From the human T2T-CHM13v2.0 reference genome, Homo sapiens, in assembly GCF_009914755.1 (NCBI RefSeq), contig NC_060926.1: a stretch of DNA of 64,000 bases, one strand, 5' to 3'. Shown in pieces: positions 1 to 13,599 of the stretch; position 1 is the stretch's first letter, and every line of letters begins with the position of its first letter. Made by a program: the position numbers and the translations under genes. The notes under the pieces are model-generated. The model ran no database searches. It was given only the letters and a program-made list of their open reading frames with translations, and was not told the origin of the DNA.

Positions 1-1479
1 ATGAAATCAGCCTCCCCCAGTTTGAGTTTGTATCCCCTAATTATGTGCTTTCTTAAATGTTTGTTTTCCGTTGCTCTAACTTTGGTTTTACATATCTCTC
101 TAAAAAAGCCCACAGAAACAAGTTAACTATACTTTTCATACCAAACAGAAATTAAACCTAGGTAACAAACCCTTTGGCAGGAAAACAGTGGGATTTCCCA
201 ATGAGCCACATGAACGCAGAGGATGCTGGCAGCCAGCAGAGTCACTTGGGACCCACAGAGCACAGAGGTTAACAGGAGGGGACATCAATCTGCAATGTAA
301 CACTGACACTTAATGTTGTTCAGACCCTTTATGAGACAAAACCAAGCACAGGCATTGTTCATTTCTTATTTGACACTTAGAAAAATTCACAGCTGTGTAT
401 AAGCACAATATTAAGGACGTGGAACCAGAGGGAAGAAATATTCAAACACAGGCAGCTCCTTCAGCCTGACTCACTCTTCTTAGAGGCTAACCCTATTTCC
501 CCAGGCAGGAGGTCTTATGATGGCAGGCCTTTATTTGACCCACTACAAATATAAATCTATTTCACAATGAGCTCTCATAAATGGAGCTATTATATGACTC
601 CATTTTCTGGATATGATCTTTAGAAATTATCCTGTATCTAGCCTTTAAAGTGTATTCAAGAGGCACTTCATTTGGGTGGATAAGAGTGTAAGATATGATG
701 CATGTAAAATTCTGCCAGTTTTTTTTCAGATGCAATTGTTCATGCTGTAAACTTTGAAATTGTCTGATGACTGGGTCATTTTACAACTGCCTTCACTGAT
801 CTTCACAGCAAAGGGCAAAAGGACTGTGACTGTCAGGCTGTAGCCAGAACGTTTAATAAAACGCCATGGGAGATTTCCTCCCCAGCACAATAACTTATCA
901 GAAAACATCTAATGAGCACCCTGTGTGTCCGAGGTAGAAGACCCCAACCTCCCTCCACCCACACACTAGGGTCTATACTATGGGAAGAGTATAATATTCC
1001 CACTGATGGGAAACTCTAGATGGGGGAATAAGCTTATTAGAAAACATAGACTTTGCAAAGAGCTAAAGATTTGGTTCTGTTTATATTTTTTAAAACTAAT
1101 TATAATATTTAATATCTTTTCCTCTCATGTTAAGTATTAGCTATCTACTTCAGAGGAAAACACTACAACCTAGAAGTATTTGGAGGAGGGTGTAACTCCC
1201 ACAAAACACCCTTCTCCACCTCACTTCGTAAATCTATTCAGTTTGAGACATAATCCCAGGAAAAAGGCAATATGGCAGGGAGTGGGGGTGTGGGAAATCA
1301 TTTTCTATGTTGCTAATTCTTAATGTCACTCAAAAAACGGTAAGTTAAACCCTTTCTATGGACACAAAAAGAAAAAAGTATTTTCTGTTAACACAATGAT
1401 AAACTTTACTGTAATTCAGAGGCGGTCAAGAGTGTAAATGTGACAAGAAGCCAAATCCACAGAAACAACAGTGCTTTGC

Positions 1480-1632
1480 ATCTGGAGCTAAGAAATTTAG
1501 GTTTCCTCCTAGCACCAGTTACCTAGAGAAAGCCTCAGTTGTACCATCTGTAAAATGGAGAGTTTGCCTGCTAGCCTTCACAGAGTTATGAAAATTAAGA
1601 AGTCTCTATAATAGTGTTTTAAAATGTATACT
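1480..1632 (+). mobile_element. MIR fragment
   Basis: CORE-like gcctcagttgtaccatctgtaaaatggag at ~1532-1560. Confidence 0.6.
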
Positions 1633-1827
1633 ATTTTAAGCTACTGCACACAGTTGGACATGGCACACACAGCTGGGATTTAAAAGCAGAAAGGACATCA
1701 GCAAGGTGATTCTACTGGGACAGAGTCTGCAATTCCATGACAATTCTCGGAGGTATGATAACTAAGTCATTAGATACAGCTTGGGTAGTGCACTTTGTCA
1801 CTGACTGCCAATAAAATTGCTCACGTT

Positions 1828-2160
1828 GGCCAGGCATGGTGGCTCATGCCTGTAATCTCTCCACTTTGGGAGGCTGAGGCAGGTAGATTGCTTGAGCCCA
1901 CGAGTTAGAGATCAGCCTGGAAACATGATGAAACCTCATCTCTATTAAAAATGTGAAAAATTACCCAGGCATGGTAGTGCGTGCCTGTAATCCCAGCTAC
2001 TTGGGAGACTGAGCAATTGCTTTGAACCTGGGAGGAGAATTGCTTGAACCTGGGTGAAGAATCGCTTGAACCTGGGAAGCGGAGGTTGCAGTGAGCCGAG
2101 ATGATGCCACTGCACTCCAGGCTCAGTGACAGAGCGAGATTCTGTCTTAAAAGAAAAAAA
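1828..2160 (+). mobile_element. Alu (AluJ/S-type) with internal 22-bp triplication
   Basis: ggccaggcatggtggctcatgcc start, dimeric body, A-tail; attgctca repeated on both flanks (degenerate TSD). Confidence 0.95.
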
Positions 2161-2825
2161 TATATATTGCTCAAGGCTCAAGTTACAGAGGACGCTCTCT
2201 ATGGAAAACTTTTAGAGAGAGAGAATGAACAGGTGTGTCGTTGCTTCTTTCCTTGGTACAGGTGGGGATAGCCTTCTTATCAGCGAGTCCAGGCCTCAGC
2301 CCGCATGTGTTAACAGCATACCAGTGTGGAGAGCTCTTTCTCCTTCATAAGCAGCAGAGTAATAGCTCGACTCAGTGCACACATTAAGTCCATGCACAAT
2401 ATTCCTAACCGGTCTATAGACGCCTTCAGAGCTGACACTTTCCTGCCTCTTCCTGCGCCTGCCTTAGACCACACGCCAGCGTTACTTAGGGAAAGAGATG
2501 ATGATTCCCTGTCATTGTTTTTGAGTAATGAATGGGCAATTACCAAACTCTTCTGGAAACTCCTGTCTTCTCAGAGCCCTAATGGAGCATTCAATTCCAA
2601 GTATTGGGAACATAAATAGCAGTGAGGGTGCCCACATATTTCAAAGGCTGTAGAAATTACATTGCACAACTTAAACCACCAGAAGTTAAATGGCTTTCTG
2701 AAAGGATACTGCTGGGATATTTTTCATCACTTTTACAATATTTTTTTCCTTGCTGTCATTTAAATAGATCCTTGGAAACTTGAAACTTAAATCTATTTCC
2801 TTACCCAAAGTTTTCCTTTCAGCAT

Positions 2826-2850
2826 ACACACACACACACACACACACACA
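2826..2850. repeat. (AC)12 microsatellite
   Basis: Direct reading. Confidence 0.95.
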
Positions 2851-4029
2851 TAACTGCCTTGTTATTTTAGGATCACTCATGGGCTGGTGGCACCGATTTT
2901 TTTTTAATCAAAAAAACACATAAAAGCTTTTTCTCCACATATTTTCTCCACACATACTGTGTCTCAGAATGGTAAATTAAAGCCACGTAGGCAAAAAAAA
3001 AAAAAAAAGAGAAACATCCTCAATGACTATAGAGAAGCAAGGGTTTTGGGCATAGGCCTCTTTCCAGATCCATCAACATTTTTTCTTTCTTTTTTTGGTA
3101 TTTCTTTAAGGATTAAATTATGTAAACCAAATATATCTAAAATAATTGTATTAGGTGCAAGGTTTATGTAATGTTTGCAGCTAGCACTCATAGCAAAAAC
3201 AACCTTCACACTCTTCACATGTGAAGCTCCAAAGTAAATCTGATTTTCTTAATAGCTTGAATTCACATACATTGTTGGTGAAAAGCTACAAAAATATGCT
3301 TTGTGTTAGCTCTGCTAACTTTATATTCAATTTTTCTTTTAAAAATTTAATTGCATTTCCCATTGTTTCTATTGCATTCTTATAACACAATTTGTGCTCC
3401 CTTTAGTAGCTAAAATTACACCTGTAACTGTCCAAAACTATTAGTAAAGTCAGCTTAGCTTGTGGGATAAAGTATCTGTCTTGTATTTCAGACAGATTGT
3501 GTTCCAACACCATTGTGGTCAGATTTTTATTAAAAATTCTTCATATTTCTTTTCTCTTTGTGCCAAACAAATCGCTACATTTTCAACACTTAATCATCTT
3601 CCTCATCTAAAAATATTTCCACATTAAATGAAAATATTTAAACTTCTTTTTGATGCAGCAAAACTTAGAACACTGTACAAAGTCTGGTTTTCATAAAGTT
3701 CTGCAAAAGAGCAGCATGCATATAGAAGCAACTATTGTGAATAATTGTCAAGGTCAAGGGGAGAAACGCAATGGTTAGCAATGGGATGGTTCTTTCCCTA
3801 AGATTTCAAATGGACTACTTCAGCAGGGAAGTTTGTTCCCTTTTTTTGAGAAACATTTTTGGAAAGCTAGCATTGGTGATGACAATTGGGGCTTCCCTTA
3901 TTGGAGAGACTTCCCTCGGTGTCATGGAACTTCTGAAGTTCATTTATGCCAAAAGGGAAGTGCACCAAGACTTGACCCCTTTCCCAAATGGCCCTAGGTG
4001 AAATCCTTCATTACGTGCTGCCCTTACAG

Positions 4030-5110
4030 TTAGTATCCAATCAAGAAAATAGAAGCTTCTCTGAGCATTTAAAGCAAAGTAAGTTTAACACAGGGAATTG
4101 GTTACACTGGCGCTGGAAGAGAACAAGAAGCCCACAAGGGACACCTAGGAAACCCAGAGGTAAAAACAGCAGGAAGCCATGGGGTCCCCTAGATTGGAGG
4201 GACAGAGGAGAAGGTGAAGCTAGAGCTAGCTAAGGACAGTTGGCTGAGATATCCCCTGAGGCAGAAAAAGAGGGGACAGCATGGCCCCTTGACCAGGGCT
4301 AACAAGGCCGCCTACCTGGGTCTGCACGTGATACGAGCCTGCAGTCGTCCTGCTCCAGCTTTGGGTCCTCCACCCTTGAGGAATGCTTGGGGCTACAGGG
4401 AGGTGCCTATGGCCTCAGGGCCTGTGTAACTCCTAGGCCACACTGAGACTGTCTATCCCAACAGCCTGAGCCCACTCCCAGGGACTGTGCAGGCCTCTGG
4501 CCTTCTCCTCAAGTGGGGCACACCTCCAGTGTTCATTTCAGATGGCCTAAGAGCCCCAGAGCAGGTGTTTGAGGGGAGGGGGAAAAAGCTTGGACGTGGT
4601 GACAGTGATGTCTATATGTGTGTATGACAGGTCACAAGAAGCAAGTGGGTGGCAGGCCAGAGGCCAGGCCAAAGCAGAGGCCAGGGTTGGGGTCAGGGCC
4701 TAGACCGGGTGGCAGAGCCCAGAGCCAGGGTTAACTCTTTCCATACCACCATGTCCAGGTGTGAAATTCCTGGAGTCCAAGAATTCTAACTCAAACTAGC
4801 CTTCAAGTTGATGTGAAAGTACAGTTGATGAGGTAGGAGGCTAGAATGTGCTTTATTTAACAATTTGTTAGCTTGTTTTAGAACTTGTAAACATTTGGAT
4901 ATGTGATATGGGATCTCCATTTGACCTTTTACCTCTGACTCTGTAAATGTTAGGGGTGGACCTAGGCAGAGGAGAAATACTTTTGGCTTCTCCTTTTCTC
5001 TTACCTTTCAACCTCCCACCAGTAGCTGTCACTGGCTGACCCTGATGATATAGGCTCTGTAAAATACAGGGAGGAGCAGAGGAAGTGAGAAAAGGACTTG
5101 AGAGCAAAGA
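4030..5110 (-). mobile_element. Old ERV LTR (LTR78/79-like) interrupted by a hAT-Tip100-like DNA transposon remnant (~4294-4963)
   Basis: LTR-like segments at 4030-4290 and 4965-5110; the inner segment ends in atttaacaatttgttagcttg...aaatgttaggggtggaccta, resembling a recalled hAT terminal region. Subfamily is uncertain. Confidence 0.45.
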
Positions 5111-5539
5111 GGCTTAGGGCTGGGACTCCCACCCAGCAAGGGTGTCCCCTAGGTCAAAATCATATGCCCCCTTTTATACTAGGCTTATAATCTATTATTT
5201 AAAGCAAAGTTTAAATGCATGTCCCACTTGAGTTTCTTCCTTCCAGCTTTCTCTCTTCCTTCCTTCTTCCCAACCTTCTTTAAAATGCAAAAACTCCTGA
5301 GACCGGTGGCAGATTAAACTTCTAGTGCCTTAGTGTGAATGAATCTGTTAAATATTTTTCTGGTCTGGAAAGCCCGGGGCAGCTTAAGAGAACAGGCTGT
5401 CCAGGAAGAGAGAGGAGGGAGTAGATTGGACATCTTGTGACTTTCTGTAAAAGTCTTTTTGTAAAAATATACAAATTATAAGAAACAAATTATCAATGAC
5501 AATATCCAGTCTGGGGAGTAAATGGTACAATAATTTTAA

Positions 5540-5770
5540 GATTGAGATCAACCTGAACCTCAGTCTCGATTTTGATATACCTATGTGAGCGAATGAATGT
5601 GCTTAACAATTCTTTGCCTCAGTTTCCTCATCTGTAAAACAGAGATGACAATAATAAAACAACCTTTAGGAGTGGCAGCGAAGTGAAGTGAACCAAGGAA
5701 AGTATATAAAGTGTTTTGTGTAGTGCCCATTGTATAGCATTCACTCAATTAATGCCAGAAATTAAGATTA
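5540..5770 (+). mobile_element. MIR
   Basis: gcctcagtttcctcatctgtaaaac core followed by MIR 3' tail-like sequence. Confidence 0.8.
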
Positions 5771-5772
5771 GC

Positions 5773-6222
5773 TTTAGGCTGAATAATGACCCCCACAGAT
5801 GTCCATGTCCTAATCCCCAGAGGCTGTGAATAGGCTATTTTATATAGTAAAAGAGATTTTGCCAATGTGATTAAGTTCTTGAAGTGGGGAGGTTATCTTG
5901 GATTATCCAGGTGGGCGCAATGTAACTACACAAGTCCTTATAAAGAGGAAGATGGGAGGATCAGAGTTGGTAGTAGCAGACATGATGACAGAGTGAGTGA
6001 CTGGAGTTCTTCAAGGAAGGAGCCGGGAACTGAGAATGCAGATAGCCTCAGACACTGATAATGCAAGGAAACAAAATCTCTCTGAAGCCTCCAGAAGGAA
6101 CAGTGCTCTGCTGACGTCTTGATTTTAGGTTTCTTATCTGCAGAACTAAAGGGAATAAATGTGTGCTGTTTTAAGCCACCAGTGTGTGGCAGTTTGTTAT
6201 ACAGCAACAGGAAACAAATACA
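5773..6222 (+). mobile_element. MaLR solo LTR, MLT1D-like
   Basis: aggctgaataatgaccccc...ggattatccaggtggg...aataaatgtgtgctgttttaagccac...aaataca. Confidence 0.85.
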
Positions 6223-6519
6223 GATGATTATCCTGGATGGTCTGGAAATAAATGAATGAAGGACTTAGAAATATGCATGGGAAGAGGAAAAATTCAGTTT
6301 ATTTTAAACCTCTAAAGCTTGGAGCAAATTAAGAATGACAAAGAGAAACTTATCCAATACAAAACTTAGTGTTACAAGAAATTTCCCTCTTTGTAAGTGT
6401 TGAAGAAACTGGAAGGTTCTCTGATAACAAAACTCCATTGAGAGAATTTGGAGTGAAATCCAGCTTTTTTTTTTTCAGTGGATAACTCTTGAGTATAGAT
6501 GTCTTCTACTTTCTCTTGG

Positions 6520-6533
6520 GCACCCTCTAGTGG
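6520..6533 (-). promoter_or_regulatory. Candidate CTCF motif
   Basis: Minus strand CCACTAGAGGGTGC, 13/14 to CCASYAGRKGGCRS; the mismatch is a CpG-type C>T. Confidence 0.45.
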
Positions 6534-6745
6534 AAGTGCAAAGGAGCCATGAGAATCAGAAGACTGGCTGTCTTAGGGGAGAAAAGATCAGAAAGCTGCT
6601 AACCCAAGCTGGCTGGCATAGCATTTTACATATTTTGTAGAAGGTTAATATGTTTTCACAGATTTGATTTTTTTCCTTATTGTATTCTTCTTTGGAATTT
6701 AAAGCTTCTTACCTTTAATTCGATATTTATTCAGCAATCACTTAT

Positions 6746-7100
6746 TGCTAAGAACTGATTTGCATTACCCAAAATTCATATGTTGAAGACCTAACCATCA
6801 ATGTAATGGTATTTGGAGGTGGGGCCTATGGGAGGCGATTAGGTCATGAGGATGGAGCCCTCATGCTGGGTTTAGTGCCCTTATAAGAAGAGACATGAGA
6901 GAGCCTTTTCTCTTTCTACCAGGTGAGGATACAGTGAGAAGGTGGCCATCTACAAGCCAGGAAGGGAGCCCTCACCAGGAACTGAATCTTCTGGCACCTT
7001 AGTCTTGGACTTCCCAGCCTCCAGAACTGTGAGAAATAAATTTATGTTGTTTAAGCCATACAGTCTATGGTATTTTGTTATAGCAGCCTGAGCTAAGACA
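6746..7100 (+). mobile_element. MaLR solo LTR, MLT1A-like
   Basis: tgcta...ccaaaattcatatgttgaag...ggacttcccagcctccagaactgtgagaaataaat...ctaagaca. Confidence 0.9.
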
Positions 7101-7179
7101 CTCTCAGCCCCATACTGAGCAAAGTGCAGGAGAGACAGAAGTACAACAAAGCAAACAACATGAGGAGAGAGCTTATGTC

Positions 7180-8300
7180 CAGAGAAAGAGGCAGATGAGT
7201 AACAAGTAATCACAATCATAATAAAATGTGATGTGATGTGAACCACAATATATAAACAAATGGAGTGCTCGGGAGGTTAATTCAAGAAGTCAAGAAATAA
7301 TTCTTAGTGGAAGCTTTATCCAGGGTTTGAGGGCTGAATGGAGGCTTACCAAGTGTGGAAAATGCTGGGGAGAAACGTGCAAAGTAACAAAGTCTCAAAG
7401 GGCATGATATGTTCAGGGACAAGTTAGAATTACAGGTGAGTTAGGGAGAGAGGGAAGGTAAACATGGAAAGTTAGTTAAAGGTCAGAATATGAAAGGTCT
7501 TATATGGAAAGGCATACCACAGAAAAGAGATAGTGTGGTGGAAATAGAAGAGGCTAAAGAGTAGATGGATTTATGTTTGACTCTTGGGTCTGATTTTGCC
7601 ACTCTTTACCTGCGTGATATTGGAAAAATTATTTAACTTCAGTTTCCATTTATAAAAATACAAATGGCGAATAAACATACAGAGAGATGTTTCTCTTTTC
7701 TATTAGTCATGAAAATACAATTAAAACAATGAGATTTCTTAATCTTCCAGCTCACTCAGTTGGCAAAAATTAAAGTGATTGAAAGCATTTGATGCTGGCA
7801 AATATGTGAGGAAATGGACACTTTTCAAAATTACTGATGAGACTGTAAATTGATACAACTTACTAGGAAATAATTTGGAAATATCTAGGGGTTTTTTGTT
7901 TTTTTTTTTGTTTTTAACATTCCCTTAGTCTTACTACTCCCTCCCCTAGTTACTGCACTAGCCCTTGTGGTTTTCCTTCCCTACACCAACACTTCTGAAA
8001 TCACTCCTTTGGAAATAAAATCTTTCATTTATCCTAATTTCAGTGTGCCACCTCTTTCCTGTTAGGACACTGACTGAATCAGTCCATAAAGCACTTGGCC
8101 ACATAAAAGGTTCTCAGTACATTTAGATCCCTCCCCTTCTTTCCCTAAGGATCTTTGGACTACGTATTGAATGTCACTGGAAACTCCTGAGTTTCTTCAA
8201 GCAAAAGAATGATTTTATTTGTTTTGCTCTTTAGAAAGATGAATCTGATTGCAAACAAAAATGTCTTTCAGATGGGAGAGGAGAGAGTAACTTAGCCATG
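7180..8300. mobile_element. Mosaic of decayed L2, MIR, L1ME and LTR33-like fragments
   Basis: L2-like purine-rich text at 7180-7510 and 8150-8300; MIR at ~7530-7660; L1ME-like at 7680-7890; LTR33-like 3' end (gtgtgccacctctttcctgttaggacactgactga) at ~7920-8080. Confidence 0.5.
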
Positions 8301-8549
8301 AGGCCCTGATCTGCTACTCTTCCTGGGGACTCCTAGGACACAGTGGGTGATTGGTATAGTGTGGAGAGGATTCAGAGATGTCTCCTGGTTCTGTGGCCTA
8401 AAAGAATAGACAGCTACACTGTGAGTAGAAAATGGAATCAGGAGGAGGAGGAGAAAAAGAGGAAGTACAGGGCAAAAGATCTGAACGAATTGATAAGGGC
8501 TCACTTCCCTTCTCTCACTTTCAACGTTTTTGTGAGAAGAGGAAAATGA

Positions 8550-9004
<455 letters not shown>

Positions 9005-9019
9005 TTAAATTACACAGCC

Positions 9020-10229
<1,210 letters not shown>

Positions 10230-12251
10230 AACTCTTTTATTCTTTATTGGGAGCTTGTGTGGTTCCTACCCTGTCTCAGACTAAGAGCTCTGCTAGATGG
10301 TTCCCCTTTTCCTTCCCAGTTCATACTAGGCTCTTATTAAATAATTTTTAGTGGAATGAATGAAGAGCATTTATGATATTTTGTGAGAACTGAGGTTTTT
10401 TTTTTTAATAGTTTCTCCAATGTAGGGCACAGTGTATATGAAAGTTATCTTGTTCACTGTTGAATGCTGGCATCCAGTAGAGAGAATGACACATAGTAGG
10501 GATTAGATTAAATAAATACGTGTTGAATACATTTGCCATCCTAGACAAGTACTGACTTTCAAAATCTACTTATACACTCAAATGGATCTATCATGAATCA
10601 TAAAATACTGCAAATTTTGCCAATTTACATTAGAGGTTTTTTTTTTAATTTCGTGTTCTCTCCAAGTTTCTTACTCTTCCAATACTCATCCATTAATTAT
10701 CATATGTGTTGGCTAATTTTGAACTCTAGGGCTTTATTTGCTTTATATCATGTGGCAAAATGTTTCTTGGTGAACTTTAAACCTTCTCTCTGATCCTGCC
10801 AATTTAGTAGATTATATCAGATATTTGTAGGAGTGCAAAAAGTTGCAAGTTAAAAAGCCATCAGTGTGACCATTTTAATATATAGTTCGAAGTAAAGAAA
10901 AATATCTCAATTATTCCTTTGTTTTTCAATCACTTTTATTAATGATAGCACTGCTTTCTGAGTAAAGATCACCTTAACTCTTGCAGGCAACATGACATCT
11001 TTTATTAAATTATATTAAAACACTGATTAATTGTAATCCAAATCCTCCATTATCCAGGGTTTACTTCTTGTTCTGTATTTGAGGAAACGAATCAAAAATC
11101 AAAGAAACAGGTCAGTGTTAGCTAAAACAACAACAAAGCCAACAAAACATTTTCAGCATACATACTGGGCACGTGTGTATTAAATGTAATAAAACAAACA
11201 TTACTTTTTTAAAAAGGGTGGTAATTTAGCCATATACTGAGTCACCAAAGATTTGATTCTTTCCCTCCATCCTAGCCAAAAGGGAGAAGAAGGGAGTCAT
11301 CCACTTAGATTTTTCAGTAAGAAATGAAACGAAAAGGGTTGCTGGCTTGATCATGGGTTAAACAGAAAACTTGCTTTTACTTTAACTTCATGTATCTTGG
11401 TGAATTGGGCTTTTATTACATTTCTACTATTACCTTAAATGACATCTTAATGACCAAATGCTTTTGATTTACTTTAAGATAACTTTCATTGAAGAAACAC
11501 TCAATATACGCTGAATAAATAAATGAATACACAAATAAACATATGTATTACACTGGGTATGGTCCCTTTAGTAAGACATTTGTTTGACTCGAACCAATTC
11601 TGTAAATTTCATAAATGATAGTGAAGGTGACATTAGCTGACATTAAACCAAGATGTTTGGAAGACTGATAGAGAGGAAATAACTCAAAACTCTGAAAATA
11701 AAGCTGTTAAATATTACAAGCACAGCCATGCCTTGCTAAACTCATTTTTCAGGACAGAAAAGCAGATTGTGGAATTATTCACGCCAAAGTAATCCTTGCT
11801 TAATTTAATCATCGAACTAGGTTTCCTAATATGGATATTTTCTTAGACTTCAATTTGTTACATAGCTAACTTATTTTCTAATAGACTATGTTGGTAATAA
11901 GAAAATGAATTACATGCTGTTGGCAGAGTGATGATAACTTAGATCTGAATTTATCCCACACAAACTTGGTACCCCCTTTAAATTCAATAAGCTTGGGATA
12001 CCTCAACAATCTATCACCTCTGGATGCCATTTATAAACAGATGGTAAGCCTCCACACCCGTGTGCTGCAGAGAGCACAGGCCAAAGTACTTTTATCCAGG
12101 AATCTTCCGTGGCATCATCAGGAAGAACACAGAGCCCAGCCAATTTTGAACAAAGACCATTCAGCTTCCTGTTTCAGGACCTTCTAAATCCTTAAATCCC
12201 ATTGGCTTAGCACAGGCAAAACCTAACACCGCAGTAAATGTCATACTCCAC

Positions 12252-12265
12252 CCAGGAGAGGGCAG
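12252..12265 (+). promoter_or_regulatory. Candidate CTCF motif
   Basis: CCAGGAGAGGGCAG, 13/14 to CCASYAGRKGGCRS, in unique sequence. Confidence 0.45.
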
Positions 12266-12328
12266 CGACACTCACAACAAGCCAACATTACACCAGGGCT
12301 TGGAATGATTGAATAGAAAAACAGTAGA

Positions 12329-12425
12329 GAGGTCCAGGCTGCAGTGAGCCATGATCTTGCCACTGGACTCCAGCCTGGGCAACAGAGTGAGACCATGACT
12401 CAAAAACAAACAAACAAAAAAAAAA
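12329..12425 (+). mobile_element. 5'-truncated Alu right arm (AluJ/FRAM-like)
   Basis: gaggtccaggctgcagtgagccatgatc...ctccagcctgggcaacagagtgagacc plus A-rich tail. Confidence 0.9.
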
Positions 12426-12432
12426 TGAATTA

Positions 12433-12558
12433 GGGAAGAGAGAAAGAAGGAAGGAAGGAAGGAAGGAAGGAAGGAAGGAAGGAAGGAAGGCAAAAGAAAG
12501 AAAAAAGAAAAGAAAGAAAGAAAGAAAGAAGGAAAGAAAGAAAAGAAAAGAAAGGAAA
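12433..12558. repeat. Purine-rich microsatellite: (GGAA)10 at 12449-12488 followed by GAAA-type repeats
   Basis: Direct count. Confidence 0.95.
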
Positions 12559-12795
12559 CCGAGTGTCTGATGGTTGAAAGATCATTTGTCTTTCATTCTT
12601 CACTGTCTCCAAGCATGAACCAGGAGAAATTTAAACGCAAGAAAAGCAACAATCACTATTTCATCAACTCTCTCTCACAGCAGGGAGTTATTCAAAAATA
12701 ATAATGCCTTTCTATGATAGGAAACCTAATTATTAAGAGCATTAAACATTAGAAGATTGCCACCCTTCGTACTGGCTGCAGATCGTTTGTCTTAC

Positions 12796-13164
12796 TTGTC
12801 AAACACAAGTTCGTTTTTGACACTGATTTCTTAAATTTCCGCTGACTTGGCAATCTGCAGCCACTTCTCACAAGCTCTGTAATATCTTAAAGACTTCACA
12901 GCTAAGCAGTTAGAAAGGATTTGGGGTTTAATTCAGCTCACTGACCTGTTTAAGAGAATAACGGAAATAAAACAATTTTCAGCTAAAGGCCTGAGAAGGC
13001 CTCTCTCTTCTGAAAGAGTCTTTGTATCAATGCCATGAATCAAATGGTTTGTCTAAGTGGTTATTCTGCACCACCAGTGAAGGCCCAGCAATGTGGCAGT
13101 GAATCACATTTAATAACTTGTGGTTAGCTGTCATGAACACTTAATTTGATGTTGAACACAAACC
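12796..13164 (-). other. Candidate non-coding (5'UTR or lncRNA) exon(s) of a minus-strand transcript
   Basis: Strong acceptor ctcccttctgcccctgcag|GG (exon start 13164); donor CAG|gtcagt at 12946/12945; second donor CAA|gtaaga at 12796/12795; no long ORF. Confidence 0.35.
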
Positions 13165-13599
13165 CTGCAGGGGCAGAAGGGAGCTGGGGAGGGGAGAGGT
13201 GGGTGAGGTGTGGGGGGCAGAGAGAGTTAAGATCCACTTGAGATCCTGCGGCTCCCTTCACCCCTTGAATCTTGAGGGACGGATGTGGGATCCTGTCTGC
13301 TGGTGTTTCTGCTGCGTTTTTTGCAGCACGGCGTTAGACAGAATTCGCTTTCTTGGCGTTTATCGTCTCCCCCACTTCAAGTCTTCCTGGGATCCCATTC
13401 ACCCTCATAATGAAGGCTCGCCCAGTGTTAGAAGAACACTGCAGTCTTTTCCAGAGTGCTAGTGGAGGGCTGTCAGGCCGGCTAGAAGAATTCAAAGCGT
13501 TCAGGGAACCCACAAAAGATTTCTTGCAGCCTTTTAGCTGCCTGGCAGGCAGTAGAAACCCCTCTTGTGTCAACTGCTAAATACTGCTGTCCCTGTGTC

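Noticed and set aside
2326-2619. 97 aa ORF in unique sequence
   Set aside because: Non-ATG start, no recognisable homology, no clear splice-site support
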